Notes under the pieces: generated by a model
The model's input: only the letters and a program-made list of their open reading frames with translations
Databases searched by the model: none
Told to the model about the DNA's origin: nothing
Assembly (NCBI GenBank): GCA_013152145.1
Contig: JAADGW010000047.1
Coordinates: 1 to 43,444 of the forward strand
DNA from: Deltaproteobacteria bacterium
GTDB taxonomy: Bacteria; Desulfobacterota; Desulfuromonadia; Desulfuromonadales; Geopsychrobacteraceae
Length of the DNA stretch: 43,444 bases
Direction: 5' to 3'
Position numbers and translations under genes: made by a program
In this document: piece after piece, positions 8,909 to 18,473 of the stretch
Numbering within the stretch: the stretch's first letter is position 1
Layout of the letters: every line of letters begins with the position of its first letter

Positions 8909-10864
8909 TCAGGAAAGATCGTCTTCACCCTCAACCAGAATTCCCCGCTGGATGAAGTCCTCGCTCACGTAATCCAGCCCCAACCGATCCAGGGTCTCCC
9001 TGGTCGGGATGCCGTCATTGTTCCAGCCCTTGAACTCATAATACATATCAAGCAACTTCTGCTCGTTCTCAGGCTCCCGCTTCTTCCAGTGGTCCGCGGG
9101 GGGCTTCTCGTCAGCCCTTCTCAGGCCTCTTCTGATATTCAGTGCCCGAACCAGGTTCCGGTTTCTTCTCGACACTTCCCAGAGTTCATCCGAATCAAGC
9201 TCAATCCCCGATGCACGCGTGATGAAAGCCGGCAGATTGTAGATGTGATAAGGCGGCCGGCCGCCGAACTGGCCTCTGAAGGATGACAGGAAAGCGCAGG
9301 TACCGATGGCGTCGTCAATATAATGCATCGCCTCATTCCAATCACAAATGTGGACAGAGGCTTCAAGCGATGGATTCTGACGGGGCTCCCACGCCAGGAA
9401 CCATTTCTTAAACCGCTCGGGAGCTGCGTCCCAGTTTCTGACAAACTCTTCCCGCTCTGCCTTATCGGCAATCGGTGCCTGTGGGAATGACCCTTCAATC
9501 TGGGTGATATTCATCTTCTCACCAGTGGCATACATCAGGAAATACGGATAGTTGACATAATTCAGCTTGATCGGCACCTGTTCAAACTTCTTGATGGTAT
9601 TATGATCGTACTCTTCCGCGCCGTTACCGATCTGGCGGGCCGCCGCATAGACACCATTGGCCAGAATATCGCCGATCCCTTCACGCCGGGCGATCTTTTC
9701 GACCAGGTAGAAGAACCGCGATTCGTTGACCTTGATGCCATCGCTATCCTCGCGATCGAAAAGTGGAAAATCGGGCAGCTCCTTGTCGGTCAGAATGCCG
9801 GCCTCGTAAAGCTCGATAGCAAAAGCGATCACCTGTGGCGTTGAGTAGGCATCCATCCCGTACTCCTGGGTGATGCCGATGATGTTGTAGTCAAAATCGA
9901 GGTCACCGAAGGCCCCCATGGCATAGGTCAGCTTGCTGTAGCACTTCTGGAAATAAGGCATTCGTCCCGGGTATTTGATCGCCTGATGACAGTCTTTCGG
10001 GCAGTTGTGACAACCTGTCCAGCGCATCCGCAGCCGGTCTTCCAGCGACACCCACTCCTCTTCCATCTCCTTGCTGAAGAAGTTCTTTCTCCGGGCGCGC
10101 GCATTGCCCCAGGCGAAGTTATCGACGTGAAACTCATCGCCTTCCCCGTGGGCCATGGAATCGCCGCACTCCTTGTTGTCGTACATCTCCTTGTACATGG
10201 GGATACCGATCTCAGCGAGCTCTTTCGGCTGGGCAACATTGACATCCTTGGTGCCACGGACAATGATCGCCTTAATCCGCTTGTCCCCCATGACCACGCC
10301 GACCCCGCGTGAAGCACTGGAGTTGGCGTGCTCGATACTGGCCAGATAAACCCGGTTTTCACCGGCCAGACCGATCGAGGCAACCTGGGCGTGCGGGTCC
10401 CCCACCTCCTCCTTCAGGATAAGTGCGGTCTCCTGCGCACCTTTGCCCCGGAGATGGCCGGCATCGCGGATTTCAACCTTGTCATTATTGACCCACACAT
10501 AGACCAGATCGTCGGCCTTGCCGCAGAAGATGAACTTGTCGTAACCGGCATACTTCATCTCCGGCCCGAAAAAACCTCCGAACAAGGAGTGTGAGTAACG
10601 ACCCGTTTGAGGCGAAAAGGTATCGACCGCCGTGCGATTGGCGCCGGGCACCAGTGTAGAATGCAAAAGGCCGGTACTGAAAATGAGCAGATTTTCCGGA
10701 TCAAGCGGATCGACCTCAGGCGGAACCCTGTCCCAGAGTATCTTCGCGGCAGTCCCCTGCCCCCCCAGATGGAGTCTGGTCAATTCCGGGTCGGTTTTTA
10801 CCCTTTCAACACTTCCGCGAGAGAGATCCACTTCTAAATTAACCCCGGTCTCCGCGTACCTCAT
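8909..10864 (-). CDS. bamB: BamB-like W-bis-pyranopterin catalytic subunit (AOR family, class II aryl-CoA reductase paralogue)
   Basis: MRYAETG..LEVDL..GS.ERV, ILWDRVPPEV, SSASRG, NF.WGNAR.RRK, the 4Fe-4S motif CHNCPKDC, KCYSKLTY (W-ligand Cys position), GEK.NITQIEG.FPQAP and KGWN.DGIPT.ETL match BamB rather than ordinary AORs. Confidence 0.85.
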   Translation of the reverse strand: MRYAETGVNLEVDLSRGSVERVKTDPELTRLHLGGQGTAAKILWDRVPPEVDPLDPENLLIFSTGLLHSTLVPGANRTAVDTFSPQTGRYSHSLFGGFFGPEMKYAGYDKFIFCGKADDLVYVWVNNDKVEIRDAGHLRGKGAQETALILKEEVGDPHAQVASIGLAGENRVYLASIEHANSSASRGVGVVMGDKRIKAIIVRGTKDVNVAQPKELAEIGIPMYKEMYDNKECGDSMAHGEGDEFHVDNFAWGNARARRKNFFSKEMEEEWVSLEDRLRMRWTGCHNCPKDCHQAIKYPGRMPYFQKCYSKLTYAMGAFGDLDFDYNIIGITQEYGMDAYSTPQVIAFAIELYEAGILTDKELPDFPLFDREDSDGIKVNESRFFYLVEKIARREGIGDILANGVYAAARQIGNGAEEYDHNTIKKFEQVPIKLNYVNYPYFLMYATGEKMNITQIEGSFPQAPIADKAEREEFVRNWDAAPERFKKWFLAWEPRQNPSLEASVHICDWNEAMHYIDDAIGTCAFLSSFRGQFGGRPPYHIYNLPAFITRASGIELDSDELWEVSRRNRNLVRALNIRRGLRRADEKPPADHWKKREPENEQKLLDMYYEFKGWNNDGIPTRETLDRLGLDYVSEDFIQRGILVEGEDDLS

Positions 10865-11037
10865 TTTCTAACCCCTTCTGGCCGTTCGTCGGCCCTTTCG
10901 CCCACAAGTTTATAAAACCACAGAGCTTGTAAAACCCTTATGGAGACGTAACTCTTCTGCAGCCGCCCGGCCTGGACCGAATGATGAGTAAATGCGATAA
11001 TGCTGCAAACAGGTACTGCAATACCATTTTATCTGTC

Positions 11038-11067
11038 AATAAAACCCCCGCGACCTTCTTCCGGGGG
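11038..11067 (-). terminator. Putative rho-independent terminator after the VOC gene
   Basis: Minus strand reads CCCCCG-GAAGAAGGTCG-CGGGGG-TTTTATT. Confidence 0.5.
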
Positions 11068-11132
11068 AGACCTATCGGGTAAGTGAGGCAGAACCTGAAG
11101 AAGTCAATAACGGCTCGCCTGGTTCCGATTTA

Positions 11133-11585
11133 TCAAGATTGGAGCTCTTTCCACTTGTAATCGATGAGTTCCAGGAGGACGCCGTTCATTTTTTTGGGGT
11201 GGACGAATGCAAATTCGCAATCCCTGAAGGGGCGAGCCTTTCCAGTGTCATCATCGGCAAGTGGTTCTGGATTTGGAATAAACGGGTAGTCCTTCTTCTC
11301 GAGCTCCTGAACCGCTTCGCGGGTGTTCTCAACATTGAAGCTGATGAGCATAACCCCTTCGCCGTTCTTCTCGATCCACCTGCCCACCGGTCCGTCGGCC
11401 TCAGTGGATTCCATGAGCTCAAAACCTACGCCACCCAGCCAGTAACGAGCGACCCGGATTTTCTCCGGCTCGTCCACGTAAGGATCGTCCGGTTCCAATT
11501 TACCAAGGATGGGCTCCCACACCTTTCGTGCGGCGTCGAGGTCCCTCACGGCAATACAGATATGGTCGATTTTTTTAGTTTTCAT
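11133..11585 (-). CDS. VOC family protein (methylmalonyl-CoA epimerase/glyoxalase-like)
   Basis: KIDHICIAVRDL, FELME, GEG, and FVHPKKMNGVLLELI. Confidence 0.85.
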   Translation of the reverse strand: MKTKKIDHICIAVRDLDAARKVWEPILGKLEPDDPYVDEPEKIRVARYWLGGVGFELMESTEADGPVGRWIEKNGEGVMLISFNVENTREAVQELEKKDYPFIPNPEPLADDDTGKARPFRDCEFAFVHPKKMNGVLLELIDYKWKELQS

Positions 11586-11680
11586 CGCCTCTTTCCTTTA
11601 ATCGTGTGAATTCCCGCTGCCGAGTAAATCTCTGCCCACAGAAGGAAAAAGAATTCAAATCACTGAAAATAATTTCTGGG

Positions 11681-12515
11681 TCAATCGTTAACCACTCTTT
11701 TCTTTGTGTCCACAACAGACAATCGCGGCGGAAGTTCAATCCTCTCCGGGCAGGTGTAGATGTTCAACCCGTCCCCTCGGGCAAAACCGATGACCGTGAT
11801 ATTCAGATCCTCGGCCAGAGCCAGGGCCAGGTCGGTAGGAGCCGAGCGGGCCACGAGTATGGCAATGTTCATTTTGGCCACTTTGAGAAGAATTTCCGAT
11901 GACACCCTGCCGCTGAAGAAGAGGACATGACCAGCAAGGTCCTGGTTCAGCAGATAAGCTCTGCCGAGAACTTTATCCAGCACGTTGTGCCGACCGATAT
12001 CGTAGCAGGTATAGCGAACCACCCCGGAATGACCCACACCGCCACTGTGGACCCCGCCCGTCTCTCTGAAGAGAGAGAAATTTTTATCGAGATAGTTAGC
12101 ATAATAAACCGCATCTTCAAGGCTTATCTTTGCGCCGGACTCTTGCACCCTGACCAGAGAGGTGTCGTTCTCGAAGTTGAAGGAGACCCGGCTCTTACCG
12201 CAGCAAGCTGACATGACCCGTCTGTTCATGGCCTCTTTCTGGGCCGGGCGGGGTTTGCCCTCAACCCGGATGATATTTTCCTCACAATGGTGCCCTATGG
12301 TGTAAATATCATCCCGGTCCCGAACAAATCCTTCGGAGAGCAGGAAATCCGATCGTCAACTCCTTGACCTGGTTCGGTGAACACAGAACGGTGACGATCT
12401 CTTCCTTATTGAAGTAAATCGTCATCGGAATTTCCCGAACGACCGTGTCCTCAGTCTGCCGATTGTCTCTTCCCCGAACCTTGATGATGGGCAATGTCAG
12501 GGTCTCATCAATCAT
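11681..12515 (-). pseudogene. fdhD: FdhD molybdenum-cofactor sulfurtransferase, +1 frameshift near 12345-12347
   Basis: The N-part (VVREIPMTIYFN.EEIVTVLCSP...LTIGF) and C-part (CCGK, FRETGGVH, DIGRHNVLDK, SGRVSSEILLK, SAPT.LA) lie in different frames. Total span is 835 nt (3n+1); GGATTTCCTG has one extra T relative to GGA TTC CTG (G-F-L). Confidence 0.85.
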
Positions 12516-12555
12516 TCACACACCTCTTGTGGCCTCTCGACACCGTTGAAAGAAG

Positions 12556-12608
12556 GTAACTATTCAGCCCGAGGCCATCCACCATCCATCGCACTGCTGA
12601 ATAGTTAC
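12556..12608. mobile_element. MITE copy 4
   Basis: GTAACTATTCAGC...GCTGAATAGTTAC, a perfect 13-bp inverted repeat; no clear target duplication. Confidence 0.75.
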
Positions 12609-12686
12609 AAAGCAAAAGCATAAAACCGTGATGCCGGGGGTTTAAATACGGCCCTGGCCAAAGCGGCCGTTCCTGAAAGCTGCTGT

Positions 12687-13553
12687 CTAAAATTTCACCT
12701 GCAATCTTTCCCAGTTTTGATCAACCTCTTTCTGAATGAACTCAATATCTTCGGCTGACAAATGCCGATAGCGTTTTTGCCTGGTAACATAGTCCGCGAC
12801 AGGGAGACCCTTGGGACCATAGTTCAGGGTATAAGACTGACCATTTTCCACCTCGTAAAGAGGAAATACTCCCGACTCAACAGCCAAACGGGAGACTTTG
12901 GGGCCGGCATTATCCGGAATACCCCAACCCGTCAGACATGGGGTCAGGACCACTATAAATCTCAGCCCGCCTTTGATCTTCATGGCCCGGGCCACCTTAC
13001 GCGCCAAGTCGTCGGGATAGCCCGTGGTGGCCGTCGCCATATAGGGGATGTTGTGAGCGGCCATGATAGCCGCCATATTTTTCTTTGGGGTCAGCTTGCC
13101 GGCGGGGGTCGACGTGGTATATGCCCGCGAGGGTGTCGCCGAGGACTTCTGGGAACCAGTGTTCATGTAACCTTCATTGTCGAGACAGATGTAGATGATA
13201 TCTTCGTTCCTCTCGGCTGCCGCCGACAGGGCCTGAAAACCGATATCATAGGTCCCGCCGTCACCCGCGATGGCCACAACGTTGGTATGATCGTTCCCCT
13301 TCGACAGCAGGGCTCGTTTGATCCCGGCGGCCGATGCGGCACTGGCCTCCAGGGTCGTCTGGTAGACGGGAATGCGCATAGAACTGAGTGGCTGTGGCCC
13401 GGAAATAATGGCGATGCAGGAGGGGGGGACCACCGCGATGGCATCGGAGCCCAGGGTATTGATGATGAAGCGGATCGCCAAAGCCTCGCTGCAGCCGGGA
13501 CAGGCGGCATGACCTGAATTAAAAATTTTCTGTTCGTCGATTTGATAACTCAT
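12687..13553 (-). CDS. 2-oxoacid:acceptor oxidoreductase beta subunit (ThDP-binding; PorB/PadI-like)
   Basis: GHAACPGC, AGDGGTYDIG, DNEGYMNTG.Q.S and TPC.TGW. Confidence 0.9.
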   Translation of the reverse strand: MSYQIDEQKIFNSGHAACPGCSEALAIRFIINTLGSDAIAVVPPSCIAIISGPQPLSSMRIPVYQTTLEASAASAAGIKRALLSKGNDHTNVVAIAGDGGTYDIGFQALSAAAERNEDIIYICLDNEGYMNTGSQKSSATPSRAYTTSTPAGKLTPKKNMAAIMAAHNIPYMATATTGYPDDLARKVARAMKIKGGLRFIVVLTPCLTGWGIPDNAGPKVSRLAVESGVFPLYEVENGQSYTLNYGPKGLPVADYVTRQKRYRHLSAEDIEFIQKEVDQNWERLQVKF

Positions 13554-13560
13554 CTGGTCT

Positions 13561-14718
13561 TCACCCCTTCCATACAGAGTTGACCGAGGGGTTTTCACCC
13601 ATGGCGCATTGGACCATTTCCTTGATGGCAGAGGGGGAGATATTGGTTCCGCCGACCCCAGCCAGATAACCATGAATTTCCGGGGCGCCCGCCAGCCCAT
13701 AAAGAGCGGCCTTAAGTTCCTGGAAGAGAACGCCGCCTGTTCCCGGGGCAAAGTTGCGGTCCAGAACCATCACTTTGGGAACCCCGACAAGGGCTTCGCG
13801 GAGATCTGCTACCGGAAACGGCCTGAAGAGCCGGATCTTGAGCAAGCCGATTGACACCCCGGCAGCTCTCAGCTCATCGACGACATCCCGCACTGTTCCG
13901 GTCATGCTCCCCATGGTCGCAATGATAAACTCAGCACCTTCGCAGCGATATTGTTCAAGGATACCGTAGCCCCTGCCGACCAACTCCTGCAGTTCACGAT
14001 CGGCCTGCTTACCCACCTCCAGAACCCGCTCCATGGCCTCGCCCATATCCCGGCGATGGTTCTGGAACATGGTTTGGGAAACGGTATTCCCCCAGGATTC
14101 GCCGATCTGCGGATCGAGCCGGTGAGGAGGATTGAAGGGGGGAAGGTACGCATCAACCTGCTGCTGAGACACGATATCAACCGCCTCCATGGCGTGGGAG
14201 ACATAGAACGCTTCGTGAACGACCATGACGGGTAGCAGGACCTGCTCCGCGACCCGAAAAGCCTGCAAGGTGGTGTCGTGGGACTCCTGCCCGTTTTCGC
14301 AGTAATACTGGATCCAGCCGACATCTCTCTGGGCCAGGCTGTCGGTCTGATCGGGCCAGAATCCCCAGGGGGATCCGAGTGTCCGGTTGACATTGGCCAT
14401 GACAATCGGTGCACGCGCGCCGGCCGCATAATGAAGCATCTCGTGCATCAGCAGCAGCCCCTGCGATGCCGTGGCGGTAAAAACCCTGACCCCGGTCAAA
14501 GACGCGGTGATCGCAGCGGCCATGACGGAGTGCTCGGATTCCATGGTCATGATCTCCCCGGTCATCTCGCCACCGGCATGGAATTCGGTGATTTTCTCCA
14601 GGATCGGCGTCTGAGGGGTGATGGGATAAACCGGCATCACGTTGGGCCTGGCCAGTTTGACCGCGTAAGAGACGGCATGATTCCCGCTGAGAAGCAGCCT
14701 GGTATGTTCCGTGCTCAT
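13561..14718 (-). CDS. 2-oxoacid:acceptor oxidoreductase alpha subunit (PorA/PadG-like)
   Basis: GNHAV, YPITPQT, ESEHS, TATASQGL and RLFRPFP. Confidence 0.9.
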   Translation of the reverse strand: MSTEHTRLLLSGNHAVSYAVKLARPNVMPVYPITPQTPILEKITEFHAGGEMTGEIMTMESEHSVMAAAITASLTGVRVFTATASQGLLLMHEMLHYAAGARAPIVMANVNRTLGSPWGFWPDQTDSLAQRDVGWIQYYCENGQESHDTTLQAFRVAEQVLLPVMVVHEAFYVSHAMEAVDIVSQQQVDAYLPPFNPPHRLDPQIGESWGNTVSQTMFQNHRRDMGEAMERVLEVGKQADRELQELVGRGYGILEQYRCEGAEFIIATMGSMTGTVRDVVDELRAAGVSIGLLKIRLFRPFPVADLREALVGVPKVMVLDRNFAPGTGGVLFQELKAALYGLAGAPEIHGYLAGVGGTNISPSAIKEMVQCAMGENPSVNSVWKG

Positions 14719-16391
14719 TTCGTTTCCTCCCTGACTCCCATCGCCCCCCGGGGGCATTCCTCCAGACAACAACCGCAGCCTTTACAATATTGCTCGAGAA
14801 CCTTGTAATACAGCGGCGAGGTTGAATCTTTCACGATGGCCATGTCCGGGCAGAAATAAACGCAGTTGTCGCACTCAAGACAAGCTCCGCAACTGAAGCA
14901 GCGCGTGGCCTGAACCAGTGCCTGCTCGTCCGTCAACCCCAGCCTGATTTCTGCGAAGCTGGCCTTTCTGACCTCCGCGGCAACCTTGTCCCGCTCACTG
15001 CGGTCCCGGGGCGGGAAGTAAAAGGTATTGATATCAGCGAAGGCAACGTCTGGCTCTTGCGCCGCACCAATGGCGGTAACGTCCCTGAGTGCGGGGGGCT
15101 GACCAAGGTATTGCGCGATGCTGTTGGCCGCTTTTCTCCCTTCGCCAACGGCTGTGGATACGAAGCGTTCGGCACTGGCAACGTCGCCTGCGGCAAAGAT
15201 CCCCTGGCGACTGGTCCGATAATCAGCGTCAATCTCGACCATCCCCTTGGCAACCCGAACCTGATCCTCCCAATCAGCCAGTTCCGGATCCTGCCCAACG
15301 GCCAGGATGACAGTGTCGGCCTCCAGGGTAAATTCGGTGCCACTGACCTCAAGGGGCCGAATCACCCCAATGGGAGTATCCGGGTCGAGTTTCACCTTGA
15401 TACAATGGAGGCGCAACGATTTGGAAATGGCCTCAACGGTCTTGACCATGGCCCCGTCAATTAACCGAACTCCCTCCGCGACCACGTCCTCAATCTCGTC
15501 TTCCGGAGCAGGCATGACCTCTCTTCCTTCCAAGGCGATGATTTCTGCCTGCCTCCCCAACCTGAGTGCCGAGCCGGCAACGTCCATGGCGACGCTGCCG
15601 CCACCGATAACCACGACTTTCTGACCGAGTTCAGCGGGGCTACCAAGCCTGACACTCCGGAGAAAGGCGATCCCGTCCAGCACCCGGTCAGCGTCGTCGG
15701 GAAACTGCGGGAGACTTTTGGGCCGGTGGGCACCAAAGGCGATAAAGATGGCGGAGTACTCCTGCTCGATCTTTCCCAAATCTTTCCCGGTCAGTTTTTG
15801 TCCACTGATGACGTTAACTCCCAGGTCGACTATCCGCCGGGTCTCGGCAGCCACGGTTTTTTTAGGAAGACGGTATTCGGGGACTCCGTAACGCAGGACC
15901 CCTCCCAACTCAGGGTTGGCATCAAAGAGGGTGACCCGAAAACCTTTCCGCCGTAACTGATAGGCGCAAGAAAGACCGGCGGGCCCGCCACCGATGACGG
16001 CCACGTGCTGATCCAATTCGATGGGGGGAACAGGAAATACCCAACCCTTCCTGATCGCCAGATCGCCGACATACTGCTCCAGGGCGTTGATAGAAACAGC
16101 CCCGTCGTACTCGGCCCGGTTGCAGACTCCTTCACAGGGACGATGACAGGTTCTTCCGATAACCGCGGGAAGTGGATTGTTTTCCACCAGGGTCTCCCAT
16201 GCCGCCTTGAAATCCTCATTGCGCACCTGCTGCACCCATACCGGAATTTCCCCGTCAACAGGGCAGCCCCCGTGGCAGGGAGCCGGTCGTTTCTGATGTA
16301 CGGCGATGGCATTACGCCAGGTCCCCGTGTTCAATATGTCGGTCCACCCGGTGGTCCAAATCGACGGAACCCTGCTCTCTATGCCTGCCAT
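14715..16391 (-). CDS. Fused delta-subunit / GltD-like FAD-NAD(P) oxidoreductase with 4Fe-4S clusters
   Basis: N-terminal TGTWR (PorD-like); GltD-type PCHGGCP...GRTCHRPCE..C; two Rossmann motifs (GGGPAG, GGGSVA); AAGD; C-terminal CLECDNCVYFCP and CKGCGCCLEECP. Confidence 0.85.
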   Translation of the reverse strand: MAGIESRVPSIWTTGWTDILNTGTWRNAIAVHQKRPAPCHGGCPVDGEIPVWVQQVRNEDFKAAWETLVENNPLPAVIGRTCHRPCEGVCNRAEYDGAVSINALEQYVGDLAIRKGWVFPVPPIELDQHVAVIGGGPAGLSCAYQLRRKGFRVTLFDANPELGGVLRYGVPEYRLPKKTVAAETRRIVDLGVNVISGQKLTGKDLGKIEQEYSAIFIAFGAHRPKSLPQFPDDADRVLDGIAFLRSVRLGSPAELGQKVVVIGGGSVAMDVAGSALRLGRQAEIIALEGREVMPAPEDEIEDVVAEGVRLIDGAMVKTVEAISKSLRLHCIKVKLDPDTPIGVIRPLEVSGTEFTLEADTVILAVGQDPELADWEDQVRVAKGMVEIDADYRTSRQGIFAAGDVASAERFVSTAVGEGRKAANSIAQYLGQPPALRDVTAIGAAQEPDVAFADINTFYFPPRDRSERDKVAAEVRKASFAEIRLGLTDEQALVQATRCFSCGACLECDNCVYFCPDMAIVKDSTSPLYYKVLEQYCKGCGCCLEECPRGAMGVREETK

Positions 16392-16937
16392 CTAACAACT
16401 CCCTTTCCTGGCGATCCGGTATCCTTCCATGCAGGCCGCAACATTACCCTCTGGCTTGAGCGGGCTTGTTTCGCCAACAACCTTTTCCAGCAACTCGACA
16501 TTGGAATAACCGAGAAGCCCAAGTGAGGCACCCACCAGGGTCGTATTCACGATTCGTCCCAATTGGTGTTTTTGGGCAATCGTCCTGGCATCGATCGTGA
16601 CAACCTTGAAATCGCCCAGATGGGCAAATTCTTTGGCGGGAAGGGATGAGTTGATCAACACCAGCGTCTGCCCCGTTGCGGCGTTGAGCAGCTTGCCCCC
16701 CTCAAGAAGGCTGGGATCGAAACAGACGATGGCATCGGGATGCTCGATGTCGCAGCGCAACCGAATCGGCTTATCATCGACGCGAAGCGATGAACTGACG
16801 GGGTTTCCCCGGCGGGCCCCCCCGTAGGAAGCATAGACCAGGACATACCGCCCTTCCTGGAAAAACACGTCCGCCAGGAGCTTACCGGCCAGCTGCGCTC
16901 CCTGGCCGCCTCTTCCCTGAATGATGAACTGCAACAT
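16392..16937 (-). CDS. 2-oxoacid:acceptor oxidoreductase gamma subunit (PorC/PadE-like)
   Basis: GRGGQGA, YGGARRG.PV and IVNT..VGA. Confidence 0.9.
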   Translation of the reverse strand: MLQFIIQGRGGQGAQLAGKLLADVFFQEGRYVLVYASYGGARRGNPVSSSLRVDDKPIRLRCDIEHPDAIVCFDPSLLEGGKLLNAATGQTLVLINSSLPAKEFAHLGDFKVVTIDARTIAQKHQLGRIVNTTLVGASLGLLGYSNVELLEKVVGETSPLKPEGNVAACMEGYRIARKGSC

Positions 16938-16957
16938 ACTCGTTTCTCCCCCGGTGG

Positions 16958-17839
16958 CTATATTTTAAGGAAGCCAAGCACCGGCTTAAAGACACCGACT
17001 TTCAGCAGCAGGAAAAAAATAAAGTAATGGCCGATAAGGTCGGCCACGGTTATCAGGGCAACAGTTCCCGCACCGGCACGAGGCCCGGCAACAAAACTCA
17101 TCAACAGGGTAAAGACCAGACCGACACCGATCACGAGGGCGAAGAAGGGGACGGCATAAGGACCTTTGACAAGCAGGTCAAAAGACTCCCGGCCCGCACT
17201 GCCGGTATTGATGCTTCCGACTAAAAAGAGCAGCACGATGAGCAGATTGACCACCAGCAGGGTGATCTCAACCGAGGGCAGCAACGCGGTGAATTTTCCA
17301 CTCAATTGAATGAAGCCCAGATGCTTCAGGAACAGGACCATGGTGGTGCCGCCCAGCAAAGCATAGAACATGCACATAACCGGCATCAGAGCGGTATTCC
17401 AGATGGGAATGGCTGGTGACGAGGTCAACAGAAAGCCATCGTAAACCGCCACCACAAAGGCACATATCACGGCGAAAATGGCCAGGGGCATAAACAACGG
17501 GCTGCCCGGCGGCAGACTAATGGCGATAAAACCGGCAGCCAGCATCAGCGACATGGCCCAGATCCCGCGAGACACCCAGGAGCTGCCCGGTCGACTCATC
17601 GCGCGCCAAAACCGCAACGGTCTCCCCAGATAGAGCATATGAGCCCCCCCCTTGCCACAAAGGACAATCAACAAACCGATCAGCATACCGAGCCGACTCT
17701 GCAGGAAAACCGACATGATGAACAATCCGGAACCGACCTTGCCGAAGAAGAAGGCACTGGCGATGAGCCCGGCCCATTCCGTCTGCTGGCGGAATCCGGC
17801 AACAAATTCCTTTTCCACCAGGGGGATACTTCTACCCAT
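16958..17839 (-). CDS. NrfD/PsrC/DmsC-type membrane anchor (PadD-like)
   Basis: About 8 hydrophobic helices; H..YLGRP.RFWR.....SSWVSRG and IP.WN. Confidence 0.85.
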   Translation of the reverse strand: MGRSIPLVEKEFVAGFRQQTEWAGLIASAFFFGKVGSGLFIMSVFLQSRLGMLIGLLIVLCGKGGAHMLYLGRPLRFWRAMSRPGSSWVSRGIWAMSLMLAAGFIAISLPPGSPLFMPLAIFAVICAFVVAVYDGFLLTSSPAIPIWNTALMPVMCMFYALLGGTTMVLFLKHLGFIQLSGKFTALLPSVEITLLVVNLLIVLLFLVGSINTGSAGRESFDLLVKGPYAVPFFALVIGVGLVFTLLMSFVAGPRAGAGTVALITVADLIGHYFIFFLLLKVGVFKPVLGFLKI

Positions 17840-17849
17840 GAGATTTCTC

Positions 17850-18461
17850 CTAATCTAGATAGTAAACAGAGGGATCAGTATCATCTTCACACAAGGCCTG
17901 CCGGCCGCCACGACTGCGGATCAGGCGACTGACCTTGCTTTCCGGGTCATCCAGGTTACCGAAAATCCGGGCATCGGCGGGACAGGTCTGCACACAGGAG
18001 GTCTCCGTGAGTCCCTCATCGATGCGATGGGAGCAGAACTTACATTTCTCGACAATTCCATCCTGATGCTCCGGGTACTTGGCCCGCTCGTAAGGGGTCA
18101 TTTTTTTGCCGTAGTACCCCTCCTTGAGCTTTCCTCTTTTCAGGAAAATCCGATTATTGTACGGACAGGCCACATAGCAGGCACGACAACCGATACACTT
18201 GTCGTGATCAACCAGCACAATCCCGTCTTCACGTTTGTGTGTGGCACCGGTCGGACAAACCCTTTCACAGGGAGCATTCCGACAGTGATTACAGAGAACC
18301 GGCACGAACTGCTTGCGGACATTGGGATACGTACCAGAGACCTGGTCGAGAACCTTGGTGTACATTATGCCCGGTGAAGTCCCATTCTCGGCCTTACAGG
18401 CGACTGTACAGGCCTGGCACCCCACACAACGCTTGAGGTCTATAACCATTCCTAAACGCAT
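17850..18461 (-). CDS. 4x[4Fe-4S] electron-transfer subunit (DmsB/PadC-like)
   Basis: CVGCQAC..AC, CNHC..APC..VCP, CIGCRAC..ACP and KC.FC...C...CP. Confidence 0.92.
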   Translation of the reverse strand: MRLGMVIDLKRCVGCQACTVACKAENGTSPGIMYTKVLDQVSGTYPNVRKQFVPVLCNHCRNAPCERVCPTGATHKREDGIVLVDHDKCIGCRACYVACPYNNRIFLKRGKLKEGYYGKKMTPYERAKYPEHQDGIVEKCKFCSHRIDEGLTETSCVQTCPADARIFGNLDDPESKVSRLIRSRGGRQALCEDDTDPSVYYLD

Positions 18462-18473
18462 ATCTTCAGTCTC

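Noticed and set aside
10905-11040. Promoter/operator for bamB (TTGACA on the minus strand near 11034-11039; weak direct repeat near 10905-10936)
   Set aside because: The -10 element is poor, there is no sigma54 box or shared activator motif, and the repeat is short and imperfect.
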